A stretch of 64,000 nt of DNA, from IMG/VR virus record IMGVR_UViG_3300032030_002018; one strand, given 5' to 3'. The stretch's first letter is position 1. Every line of letters begins with the position of its first letter. Under the pieces are notes generated by a model that saw nothing but the letters and a program-made list of their open reading frames with translations, ran no database searches and was not told the origin of the DNA. Shown here piece after piece: positions 18,478 to 28,112 of this stretch. The position numbers were made by a program, and so were the translations under genes. Source of the DNA: a virus. Its lineage: Duplodnaviria; Caudoviricetes.

Positions 18478-20652
18478 TTAAGCAAAATATCTCATTTTTT
18501 CCTCTATCTGTCGAGGTTCACTAAAAGATGATACCCTTTTCAGATATCCTATAATTCTTGTTATAGCATCAACCTTATCGCTTCCACATTTAGGACATTT
18601 GTCAAGTTTTGTCTTCATAATATATCCACAATCATCACACACTCCACCTTCAATATTATAAGTGAAATAATTCGTACCATTCTTTGCTGCGAAATTCAAT
18701 AGTTCACGATATTGTTCCTTTGATAAATGTTCTTTAAGATTTGCGTGATATGCACTTCCGCCATCAAGATATTTAACATAGTCACCGCCGTGCATAACAA
18801 ACTTATCGAGTATACTAAGGCTTTCGTCTTCTGGGTTATAAAAATAAGAACTATACATAATATGTTTTGGACTCACATAATAACCATCTTTTTTATCCCA
18901 ATTATAATTCTTTACTGACAAATTCTCGCCTGGTACAAATTCTGTATTATACATACACTCCCTAGTTTTATCCTTTGCATTACACTTGTTTATAGTTTCA
19001 AGTATAAGGTTTACAAATTCTTTATATTCGTCATTTGGTGTTATTTGCAATCCCATAAATTCTGCCGCGTCAGTGAGTCCATTAACCCCTATTGTCAAAT
19101 ATTGCTTTTTCATATCAATAAATCCAGCGCTATATACAGGCAGCATATTAGCCTTGTAAAAATCCTTGATTATCTCGTTAAAAGCTTTCTGATATTTATG
19201 TACGTTAGATGTCATACCATCGACATATGAAGCAATATGGTTGTATAAGGAATCTTTATCCACAGACGACATATCAAATCTTCCATCATCAAAATACTTA
19301 CCGCCAAATTGATAAACATAATTTCTAACAGCGTTCTGTATTAAACGATTGAGATTAATTGTCATTACAGATTTTGAACCTGTCGCAACAGATGCAGTAC
19401 CCATAGAGAATTGATGTGTTGTATAATTATGGTTTTCATCTGCCTGATTATTTTTTAACGAGTTTCTTAACCGGCAACACGATGATAACGAGTCTGGACT
19501 ATCGCTTATGTAACAGAAGAATGAATGTCCTTCAGACCACATTTCTGATGTGAAATCTGCGTATTCCTTATCAATGAAATCACCGTTCCCATCAGATAAT
19601 AACGCCATAGTCTCAACTGGGAAAGTAAGGATATATTTTTCTCTCTCCTTATTGAACCATTTCATAAATTTCTTTTGAAGCCAAGATAATGTCTCCCATT
19701 TGGGTGAAGTTCCATCAGGAAACTTAAATTCGCCGAAAACACCTTCATAATAAGGCTTATCAAAGTAACCAACGTTCCAAAAGACCGTTTGGTATCCTCT
19801 GTTCCCAGCAGGCATATTCATACTATGCACTACCTGTTGGAAACAATTTTCAATAACCTGTTCAAGTGTTCTCTGTTTCCTGTTGTTTTCTACAACTTCA
19901 TCTAACCTTGTTAAATAATCATCACCGTAATCTTTTCTTATGAAGTAATCTAAATATAATAAAAATTCAGGGGAAGCAACAGCGCCAGCGAACTGTGAAG
20001 AAACTGAATATATTAGATTTATAAATTCTCCACAGAAACTTTTTAAATCTGTGGGCGCAACAGATACCCCACCCAACTTCGTTAATCCATCAATCAAAAA
20101 TGGATACATTGTAATACTGACACAATATGGAACACCAGGAATTGCAGTTTCGTCGTGCTTATATAATACGTGGCTCTCAAGGTCTGTTATGTATTGGTCT
20201 GCCAATTTCTTATTATACAAAGACTTTATTTTGTCACGCATTATGTATCTATTCTGCTTTATATTATTAACCTTATAAAGTTCTTGACCCATCGTAACAA
20301 CATTCTTATTACTTACATTCGCATTTGCGTCATATTTTGAGCCAGTTGAAGCATTTGAAGCTTTTATGTAATCAGAAATAAAGTTACTCTTCTTATTAAG
20401 TTCACTTTCGTTGTCAAATTTCTCTATGTATTTCCTTGCAACCTTTTTATTAATAGACATCAAACTATCCTCTACTTGTCTTCTTATTTCAGAACTTGAT
20501 ATCTTTTCATAAACATAGATACTTGACACTATCGCCTTTATCACTTCTTCTTGACAACCTTCTCCTGCTGATTTGTAAGCCTCACAAATGCCATTTGCGA
20601 CCTTTTCAGGGTTGTATTCCTCATAAGAACCGTTGCTTTTATATACGTTCAT
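18478..20652 (-). CDS. nrdD: Anaerobic (class III) ribonucleoside-triphosphate reductase with ATP cone
   Basis: N-terminal ATP cone, SSCCRL active-site motif, CxxC..CxxC, TRIIGYL glycyl-radical loop. Confidence 0.95.
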   Translation of the reverse strand: MNVYKSNGSYEEYNPEKVANGICEAYKSAGEGCQEEVIKAIVSSIYVYEKISSSEIRRQVEDSLMSINKKVARKYIEKFDNESELNKKSNFISDYIKASNASTGSKYDANANVSNKNVVTMGQELYKVNNIKQNRYIMRDKIKSLYNKKLADQYITDLESHVLYKHDETAIPGVPYCVSITMYPFLIDGLTKLGGVSVAPTDLKSFCGEFINLIYSVSSQFAGAVASPEFLLYLDYFIRKDYGDDYLTRLDEVVENNRKQRTLEQVIENCFQQVVHSMNMPAGNRGYQTVFWNVGYFDKPYYEGVFGEFKFPDGTSPKWETLSWLQKKFMKWFNKEREKYILTFPVETMALLSDGNGDFIDKEYADFTSEMWSEGHSFFCYISDSPDSLSSCCRLRNSLKNNQADENHNYTTHQFSMGTASVATGSKSVMTINLNRLIQNAVRNYVYQFGGKYFDDGRFDMSSVDKDSLYNHIASYVDGMTSNVHKYQKAFNEIIKDFYKANMLPVYSAGFIDMKKQYLTIGVNGLTDAAEFMGLQITPNDEYKEFVNLILETINKCNAKDKTRECMYNTEFVPGENLSVKNYNWDKKDGYYVSPKHIMYSSYFYNPEDESLSILDKFVMHGGDYVKYLDGGSAYHANLKEHLSKEQYRELLNFAAKNGTNYFTYNIEGGVCDDCGYIMKTKLDKCPKCGSDKVDAITRIIGYLKRVSSFSEPRQIEEKMRYFA

Positions 20653-20805
20653 AATTAACTATTTTTCTTTTTTTATCTATTAGGTCAACCAAAAATTTTA
20701 AATACGCGCACTCATAAATATGCAATTTTTCATTAAAATTTTCCTGAAATTAACAAAAAAATCATATAATTCACGCAACTCAATGAGTGTCAGCGAGAAA
20801 AAAAT

Positions 20806-22269
20806 TTAACTTTTTTTATCTCTTACCATTTTGAAAATTGACTGTTGTAATTTGACCTCATCTGTCTCTTTTTTCTTATCATAATCAAACATACTGTCAA
20901 TCTCATCAACATTGTCTGTGCTTATTCTACAAGTACCATTGTTGAATTCAACGTTGTTGAAAACCTTACCAGCTTTACCAGCTCTGTTCTTCAAAATGGC
21001 TATTGTTGCCTTGTTATCCTGTATATCCTCATTGGTTCTCGCTATTGACATAACAATATGGGCAATCTGTATCTTCTTAAATGAACCACCTGCCTTATCC
21101 ATTGTCACTAACTCTGCATTCACAGAATCTCTTGTACCCTGAACAGGCACCCATAGTGCAAAATCCATCTCACCAGCCATTGATTCAAGTTTTCTCATTG
21201 TCTTACCCTCTTTCTCCCATTCATTGTTAGTTGAAGAGTCTCCAACAATCCTCAATGTCTCAAAATAGTCTATTATGACCATATCAGGCTTAAAACCGTG
21301 ATTTATAAGTTTCTTTATGAACCTTTTTATGTCGTCAGCAGTCTTCTCACCAGATGGAAACCTCACAATTTTAAGATTGGCTTTCAGAGTATCCCTCTCT
21401 CCAAATCTTTCAAGTTGTTCCCTGACAATTTCAATATATTCAGGTTTTGAAAGGTCTTTAGCCTCAACCCCAGTAATTCTTCCTATATGTTTCCTCTGAA
21501 TCTGCTTAATTCTGTCCTCAAATACAATTTGAAGCACTTTATATCCCCTGTTATTATTGTTGTCACATCTATATGTAGCGGCATAAGAAGCCATTGCCGT
21601 TGACAATGACGACTTTCCAAATGAACTCGGACCTACTATTACACCCAATTCACCCTTTCCAAGTCCTCCTTCAAGGGTTTCGTCGATTTTGCCTATTCCT
21701 GTTGGTATTGTTATTCTGTAATCGTCAGAAAGCGTTTCTTCTATGTTGTCAAACACGGTCACGCCAAGGTCTTCGTGGACACCAGTTGCCATCGCATTGT
21801 TAAGTAGGTCAACGCAATCCTGATATTTTGTTATATCGCCATCACCTGCTATTTTAAGTATCTCATTAGCCGTTTTGATTATGTTCTGCTGCCTGAAAAA
21901 CTTGATAGCCATTTCCTTTATATAGTCAGCACCGTCGGAAGGTGTGTCTATAATCTTGTCTGTCAACGCTATATAAGTCTCTCTTTCAATCTCGTTATGA
22001 GAGCGGTCCGACAGGAGAATCTTCATTATATCATAACTTGGAACGACGTCGTGTTTCTCGTAATAGTCCTTCATCGAGCCAACAAACACCCTTAATCCGG
22101 GGTTTGTGAACATATTCTGATTTAATATGGATGACAAGTCCATAAACAGTTCCTTGTCATCCATAAATTCGTGAATAAGCTTGAATTGGAACTCCTCGCC
22201 CAAATATCCCAAGTTATTTCTATTCGTCTTATATACCATTATTTGTTTTTGTTTTTCTGTTTTGTCCAA
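20806..22269 (-). CDS. Replicative DNA helicase, DnaB/T4 gp41-like
   Basis: Walker A GPSSFGKS, IIDY Walker B, KNRAG arginine finger; start may be MVYK at 22238. Confidence 0.9.
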   Translation of the reverse strand: MDKTEKQKQIMVYKTNRNNLGYLGEEFQFKLIHEFMDDKELFMDLSSILNQNMFTNPGLRVFVGSMKDYYEKHDVVPSYDIMKILLSDRSHNEIERETYIALTDKIIDTPSDGADYIKEMAIKFFRQQNIIKTANEILKIAGDGDITKYQDCVDLLNNAMATGVHEDLGVTVFDNIEETLSDDYRITIPTGIGKIDETLEGGLGKGELGVIVGPSSFGKSSLSTAMASYAATYRCDNNNNRGYKVLQIVFEDRIKQIQRKHIGRITGVEAKDLSKPEYIEIVREQLERFGERDTLKANLKIVRFPSGEKTADDIKRFIKKLINHGFKPDMVIIDYFETLRIVGDSSTNNEWEKEGKTMRKLESMAGEMDFALWVPVQGTRDSVNAELVTMDKAGGSFKKIQIAHIVMSIARTNEDIQDNKATIAILKNRAGKAGKVFNNVEFNNGTCRISTDNVDEIDSMFDYDKKKETDEVKLQQSIFKMVRDKKS

Positions 22270-22979
22270 GACCTAAACATCCTTGTATTCTGGTCTTCAA
22301 TATTGAAGTTGTATTCTTTCTTACCCTTTGACTTGTCATCATTTCCGTATGTGACAATTGTGTTTGCTGAAAGCCTTCTGACTGAGTTGTCTCTTGATGA
22401 ACAGGTTTCACATATCTTCTTTGTTATTGCGAAAAGAACATCAGGTCTGTCCATAATCATACCTCTCAGTACTAAAAGGTCTCCAAACAGCGTGTCCTTG
22501 TTCTTCTCAAAGAAGAATTCCTTGTCGTATACAACCGGTGTTCCATTTGTCATTATCTTCACAGACTTGTTCGCAAGGTCAACGTTGTCACGCACCACTC
22601 TTGGATAACAATATCCATCCCATATCTTTGACATAACAAGTTTGCCATTGTCTGTAATCTCAAATTTGAAGGTGCATTCCCAAGGTTCTATCAATGGTGA
22701 CGTCAATTCCTCTGTTGCCTGAGGATTAGCATCAGGATTCTCAGGATTGAAATTATACCACGTCCAAACTCTACTTTTTGAATTCAGGTCATTCTTAATC
22801 ATCTCAACAATCTCATCAACACAATACTTGAAATCAAGCGTTTCCATACTATGCTCTATGAAATTGTAAATTCGTACAAAACGCTTGCATATTATGAAAT
22901 TGTTGACATAAATAGCAAATTCAAACCTCTCATCTGGATAAACTTTTTCCTCATTAATCTTTTTTTCTTCCATTTTCAA
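22239..22979 (-). CDS. Hypothetical protein of the replication cluster
   Basis: 246-aa ORF between exonuclease and helicase. Confidence 0.6.
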   Translation of the reverse strand: MKMEEKKINEEKVYPDERFEFAIYVNNFIICKRFVRIYNFIEHSMETLDFKYCVDEIVEMIKNDLNSKSRVWTWYNFNPENPDANPQATEELTSPLIEPWECTFKFEITDNGKLVMSKIWDGYCYPRVVRDNVDLANKSVKIMTNGTPVVYDKEFFFEKNKDTLFGDLLVLRGMIMDRPDVLFAITKKICETCSSRDNSVRRLSANTIVTYGNDDKSKGKKEYNFNIEDQNTRMFRSWTKQKNKNK

Positions 22980-23065
22980 TAAAAAAATTAAAATTAAACA
23001 ATACTTTTTTTCTCAATATTTTTTTGTAAATATACGTTAAAAAATGTTAAAAACAAAACAAATAA

Positions 23066-24223
23066 TTAACTATTTTTGTAAAAAAAATCTTTTTCCCTCT
23101 TAATCAACCCCTCAAATATCCCAAATAAATTCCCAAATGAATTCTCAGCAAGCAAATCATTCATTCCAAGTTTTGTGATTATATCATAAACATTCTTCAT
23201 ATCCCTTCCTTCAGGGTCAATTGGAACATACATAAGAGATTTCATAGCATCAACAGCCTCCTCAGTCATCATTGGCTCTGATAGGTCTATAATCCTCTTG
23301 TTTATATCATATATATCACTTCCTTGACAACCTTCTGTTACTTTGTTTACAATGTTTTCAAGTACCTTTAGTGGCTTTTTCTTATTCCTGACCCTTTCCT
23401 CATTGATTCTTGAAGCCTCATTCACTATATCGTCAACACTTCTCTCATTTTTAATTACATCAGGGAATGTCTTGATAAACGTAGTCTTTCCAACACCTTT
23501 GATACCCTTGATATTATCAGAATTGTCTCCACATATTATTTTCTCCAATACGATATTCTTATGTGTTATTCCAAGCACATCTATTGAGTTTTCGGGTGTG
23601 ACATATTTCTTTATTGAAGGTATATATAATGTAACCGTATCAGATATAAGTTGAGATAAATCCCTGTCTTCAGACACTATGACAACCTTATCATCATCAT
23701 TCTTGTTGTTTACATAATACGCTATAAGGTCATCTCCTTCAATGTCGTCACACATCAACTGTCTTACAAACAACTCCTCCAATATGTTCATCAATACACC
23801 TCTCTGTCTTTGAAACACCTCATCATCAGTTTCAATACGTTTCACCTCACCTCGCTTGCTTGCATAATACTTATCAGCCCTCTTACAGAAATCCATTATA
23901 GCCTTATCATACTCACTCTGACATTCACCATAATGCTTATCCCTGTTAGCCTTATAATCCTTGTATATATTATACCTTAAACTTCCACTATAATCACCGT
24001 CCCAAAAAGTGTAAACATAATTAAAGTCCTTGACTTTTAGGAATCTGTTTATTTGGTAAAGGAACTGGTATATACCACCATATTCCTTCCCTTCAGAATT
24101 CTCCCTTCTGTCAACAAGTGATTTCTTCAACAAGTTATTCCCATCTATCAATAATGTATATGTGACATTTGATTCAATTATGTTATTAGCATCACGTATG
24201 CTTTTTCTTATAACCTGTTTCAT
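23066..24223 (-). CDS. 5'-3' exonuclease / flap endonuclease (Pol I N-terminal, T4 RNase H-like)
   Basis: LLIDGNNL, YKANR, EGDDLIA, SEDRDL, GDNSDNIKGIKGVG motifs. Confidence 0.92.
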   Translation of the reverse strand: MKQVIRKSIRDANNIIESNVTYTLLIDGNNLLKKSLVDRRENSEGKEYGGIYQFLYQINRFLKVKDFNYVYTFWDGDYSGSLRYNIYKDYKANRDKHYGECQSEYDKAIMDFCKRADKYYASKRGEVKRIETDDEVFQRQRGVLMNILEELFVRQLMCDDIEGDDLIAYYVNNKNDDDKVVIVSEDRDLSQLISDTVTLYIPSIKKYVTPENSIDVLGITHKNIVLEKIICGDNSDNIKGIKGVGKTTFIKTFPDVIKNERSVDDIVNEASRINEERVRNKKKPLKVLENIVNKVTEGCQGSDIYDINKRIIDLSEPMMTEEAVDAMKSLMYVPIDPEGRDMKNVYDIITKLGMNDLLAENSFGNLFGIFEGLIKREKDFFYKNS

Positions 24224-24225
24224 CT

Positions 24226-25380
24226 CTATTCTGCATTAGCATAATTGAACAAATCATTGGCAAAATCAATAACCTCCCAGGGATAGTGGAAGGAATCATA
24301 ACTTGCGTCACCAAAATGACCGTATTTTGCAAGATACTGATTTCTTGGTACTTCAGCTTTAAATCTTTTCATTATACCACTTGGAGTACAGTCTATATTG
24401 TTGTCTATGTATTCAATAATACGTTTGGCAAGATGCTGATTCTCATCCATTTCAATATTAATTGATGATGGCTTTGCAATTCCAATCATATATGACAATT
24501 CAACCTTTGCAGTATTGCACAAGCCACTTGCAACTATATTCTTTGCTATATATCTTGCCATATAAGACGCTGAACGGTCAACTTTTGTCATATCCTTACC
24601 TGAAAAAGCACCACCACCAACGCTACAATAACCACCATATTGGTCAACGACAATCTTCCTACCAGTAACACCACAATCTGATATCGGACCGCCAATATTC
24701 CAAGTTCCACAAGGATTCACCGTTATCTCGGTATTGTCATTCCTTATCTTGTCTATAATTTGCTTCTCAAACCCAACCTCGTTATCAACTATACACCTTA
24801 CAATAAATGTCCTTAATAAATCAATATCACATTGATGCATAGCTGAAACCAATATTGACACTATTTTTGATATTCCACAATCATACTCCACAATTACTTG
24901 TGTCTTCACATCAGGACCGATTGTATTACCCATTTTACCAGCCACAAATTGACATAGTTTCTTTGCTACAAAATATCCAAGCGGTAAATATGATTGAGTT
25001 TCATTGGAGGCGTAACCAACAACAAAACCCTGGTCACCTGCGCCAATCTCACCGTCTTCCTTGTCAACGCCTGAGTGTATTTCTGTTGATTGTTTTCCTA
25101 TCAGATTGATAATCTTGATGTTATCAGGATTTAAATGATGTGATTCGGGGAATTTAATTTCACTGAATACTTTTCTTACAACATAATTGTAATCAACATA
25201 CGCGTTAGAGTTTATTTCACCACCCAACACAACAACATTATCCTTCACCATTGTTTCGATGCCAGCTCTTACATTAGTATCAGCTGAAAGATAAGCATCA
25301 AGAATGGCATCACTGATTTGGTCTGCGATTTTGTCAGGATGACCCCAACTTACATATTCACTAACAATAGTTTTTTTCAT
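24226..25380 (-). CDS. metK: S-adenosylmethionine synthetase
   Basis: GHPDKIADQISD, GAGDQG, GRKIVVDQYGG, GGGAFSGKD, KVDRS motifs. Confidence 0.96.
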   Translation of the reverse strand: MKKTIVSEYVSWGHPDKIADQISDAILDAYLSADTNVRAGIETMVKDNVVVLGGEINSNAYVDYNYVVRKVFSEIKFPESHHLNPDNIKIINLIGKQSTEIHSGVDKEDGEIGAGDQGFVVGYASNETQSYLPLGYFVAKKLCQFVAGKMGNTIGPDVKTQVIVEYDCGISKIVSILVSAMHQCDIDLLRTFIVRCIVDNEVGFEKQIIDKIRNDNTEITVNPCGTWNIGGPISDCGVTGRKIVVDQYGGYCSVGGGAFSGKDMTKVDRSASYMARYIAKNIVASGLCNTAKVELSYMIGIAKPSSINIEMDENQHLAKRIIEYIDNNIDCTPSGIMKRFKAEVPRNQYLAKYGHFGDASYDSFHYPWEVIDFANDLFNYANAE

Positions 25381-25493
25381 TTTTTTACTAAAATTAAAGG
25401 TTTAACATCTATTTTTTAACTAAAATTTTGTTAAATATACCCACTTTTTTCGAAAAAAACAAAAAAATATTAATAAAAGTTAACAATAAGCAT

Positions 25494-25522
25494 AAAAAAA
25501 AGCGTCCAAATCGGAACGCTTT
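25494..25522 (-). terminator. Intrinsic terminator (second copy at ~26276-26303)
   Basis: aaaaaaaagcgtcc-aaatc-ggaacgcttt hairpin downstream of the leader ORF. Confidence 0.7.
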
Positions 25523-25598
25523 GAGGATATATTCAATAAGTCTATTGGACTGATTGTTACTGGGGTGGATTAAGTGCGCACAAGGTGGGTTGAACTCA

Positions 25599-26102
25599 TC
25601 ACCATCCAATTCTAATATGACTATCGGCTTGTTTAAACCTATTTATTAATTCATTGTATTGAGATGGAAATAATGCTTGAAATTTTTCTAATGATAGTTC
25701 CCTTTCATCATATTCTTTGTTGAATTCTCCTTCTATTTCATACCATCTTATAAAACCGCCATTTTTAAAGTCTGAATATTCACGCAAAGAAACCAAATAA
25801 ATATAAACATCGTTGTTACCATCCACGCTTACATTATAAACCTGATACATTTTATTACCAAACGGAACTATTATACAATGTGTGCTATATTTGGGTATTT
25901 TTCCATTAGCCTCATCGTTATTCAGTATATCTTTAACAAATGGATAATGACGTTCTAAATCTCTTAAATCTGGAGAATTGTGTAAAACTTGAATTATTAT
26001 ATTTTTTCCGTAAGCATCACTGTTTTCTTTCAAAATTCTTTTCACTGACCTGTTCACAATTCTGTGAAGGTCTGATTCTGTTAGTCTAATTCTCCTTTTC
26101 AT
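25599..26102 (-). CDS. LTESDL-leader family protein, globular-looking payload
   Basis: Starts MKRRIRLTESDLHRIVNRSVKRILKE. Confidence 0.8.
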   Translation of the reverse strand: MKRRIRLTESDLHRIVNRSVKRILKENSDAYGKNIIIQVLHNSPDLRDLERHYPFVKDILNNDEANGKIPKYSTHCIIVPFGNKMYQVYNVSVDGNNDVYIYLVSLREYSDFKNGGFIRWYEIEGEFNKEYDERELSLEKFQALFPSQYNELINRFKQADSHIRIGW

Positions 26103-26376
26103 ATTATTTCTATTATATTATCTTATTTTTCCTTATAAATATCACGATATTTTTGTTTTGTCATATTTTTTACTAAAATTAAAGGTTTAACATCTATTTT
26201 AACATTTTTTTAAGCAAATATACATACATTTTAACTAAAAAACAAAGAAATCTTAATAAAAGTTAACAATAAGCATAAAAAAAGCGTCCCAAAAGGAACG
26301 CTTCATTGATATGTTTTGGTAAGTACAGTTGTATCATCAATAGATACACTAATATCAAAGTTGTATTGATGTATGG

Positions 26377-26859
26377 CTAAGCATCGAATACCCTGTTAAG
26401 ACTCCATTTTCTATGTAATGGTCTTTTATCAGCAGCATCTAATGCTCTATTAAATGATTTGTCAGTTTTAGGCTGCTGCGATGTTTGTTTATCAAAGTCT
26501 TCAAACTCATCATTATCAAATCCGTCAGCACCTCTTACAAACCAATCGCTTGGTCGCATCCATTTACCGCTATCATCTGAATATTCACGCCCTTTAGGTT
26601 CATCAAGTCTATATTGATAATTTGTTTCGGCTCTTGGGTCTCTATGTGGGATAGACCTTAAATACTGTTTGGTATCAGAAGCAAGTCCACGACCAAGACC
26701 TCTTACATCAGCATATGAACGGTTTTTTGCACGTCCAAATTCATCATAATCTATAATTCCGCTATCATCTATATCCCATACTTCATTCAAGGTTCTTTTC
26801 ACTGATTCATTCACAATTCTATGAAGGTCTGATTCTGTTAATCTAATTCTCTTTTTCAT
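26377..26859 (-). CDS. LTESDL-leader family protein, charged payload
   Basis: Starts MKKRIRLTESDLHRIVNESVKRTLNE. Confidence 0.8.
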   Translation of the reverse strand: MKKRIRLTESDLHRIVNESVKRTLNEVWDIDDSGIIDYDEFGRAKNRSYADVRGLGRGLASDTKQYLRSIPHRDPRAETNYQYRLDEPKGREYSDDSGKWMRPSDWFVRGADGFDNDEFEDFDKQTSQQPKTDKSFNRALDAADKRPLHRKWSLNRVFDA

Positions 26860-26908
26860 ATTATATTTATTATATTTCCTTATTTTTCTTTATAAATATC
26901 ACGATATT

Positions 26909-26940
26909 TTTGTTTTTGTCGTATTTTTTATGTATATTTG
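26909..26940 (+). promoter_or_regulatory. Bacteroidetes sigma-A promoter (TTTG-N20-TATATTTG)
   Basis: Consensus match upstream of the 26970 ORF. Confidence 0.7.
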
Positions 26941-26969
26941 TAATATATTTATATTAAAAATGTTAGATT

Positions 26970-27749
26970 ATGTATTTAGAAAGTCCTTTTAAGAGTTGGT
27001 GGGAGGCGAGAGATGTATTCAAGATGCCTCGTTTCTCATTTTATATGGGTTCTTTGTCAAAATGTGAAGGTGTTTACTACAACGATGAAGAAAACGAAGA
27101 ATATAACAGAAAGGAAGCAGAAAAACTTCTTAACATATATAAATTAAAGAAAATGTTGAAAATTATGACAATTTCTTTATTATTGTTGCTGTTTTTCTTG
27201 TATGTTATTGGAAATGTGTTTTTAAGTTGTACAATATGTGTTATATGCTCATATCATATAATACAAGGTGTAATAGACATATTTAAATTAAAGTTAATGC
27301 CTTCGAAATTCTGTAAGAAAACAAGAATGTCATACACATCCAAGGGTTTTGTTTACTTCGTATCGAAACATTTCCTCAAATGGAGCAAATATCCAATAAC
27401 AATAACATCTCACGATATTGGTTGGAAAACTAAATTTGATGATGTTAGATATGAAACCCCTGGATTTTTCTCAATAATATTCGGAAGAAACCCTGATACG
27501 GCATACCAAATATGTATGATGGTTTCAAGCCCTAAATCAGAACTTGAACATCTTAATAAAAGCACATCATTCAGAGACCTAATATATTGGGAAATGATTC
27601 TTTCTTATCTATATGTAGATAAAGACATAGAAAAGGCAAGGAAGATGCGTTCAGGATGTTGGGGAGGAAGCGACGGAAATAAAACACCTGAATGGGATGA
27701 AAGTTTCGTAAAAGACAAATATAAGACAAAAAACACCAGTATGAAATAA
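26970..27749 (+). CDS. Hypothetical membrane protein
   Basis: Hydrophobic segment(s) at aa ~65-105; own promoter; terminator hairpin at ~27729-27764. Confidence 0.65.
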   Translation: MYLESPFKSWWEARDVFKMPRFSFYMGSLSKCEGVYYNDEENEEYNRKEAEKLLNIYKLKKMLKIMTISLLLLLFFLYVIGNVFLSCTICVICSYHIIQGVIDIFKLKLMPSKFCKKTRMSYTSKGFVYFVSKHFLKWSKYPITITSHDIGWKTKFDDVRYETPGFFSIIFGRNPDTAYQICMMVSSPKSELEHLNKSTSFRDLIYWEMILSYLYVDKDIEKARKMRSGCWGGSDGNKTPEWDESFVKDKYKTKNTSMK

Positions 27750-27764
27750 CATACTGGTATTTTT

Positions 27765-28091
27765 TTAGTTCGGATTATATATCACATTGACAGTTGTATC
27801 ACCTGTTATCAACCCATTAACAACAGGTGTTTCTGTTGTATATCCTGTTATTTCAGGACTGCTTACTGCATAATGAGTTCTATATGTCATTTGTTCCGTA
27901 TATTGGCTTGATATAGGTTCGTCATTTTCATCAATATAATTGATAGTTAACGTATACAATATCGGATTATAATGTAAAGCACTACCTTCCTCAACGTAAC
28001 TTACATTAGGATAATCTGTATTCCCTGTGATATACTCTTGATAATCAGCATCATTTTCAAAATAAGTTAAATATCTCTTTTCCATATTCAA
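27765..28091 (-). CDS. Small protein with MucBP-like (mucin-binding repeat) C-terminal domain
   Basis: YTLTINYIDENDEPI...YAVSSPEITGYT...TTVNVIY matches the MucBP repeat pattern; late motif at 28105. Confidence 0.65.
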   Translation of the reverse strand: MNMEKRYLTYFENDADYQEYITGNTDYPNVSYVEEGSALHYNPILYTLTINYIDENDEPISSQYTEQMTYRTHYAVSSPEITGYTTETPVVNGLITGDTTVNVIYNPN

Positions 28092-28112
28092 TTCTATTTT
28101 TCTTTATAAATA

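Larger units (their letters stand above)
25378..26930. repeat. Tandem duplication of a ~780-bp cassette with conserved ends and different middles
   Basis: 25378-25530 is similar to 26162-26312 (spacer, promoter, terminator). 26035-26172 is similar to 26795-26930 (leader codons plus late motif). The payloads are unrelated. Confidence 0.85.

Noticed and set aside
26123-26164. 13-codon mini-ORF (MTKQKYRDIYKEK, minus strand) behind the duplicated metK promoter
   Set aside because: Explained as a by-product of the duplication junction; no evidence of function.
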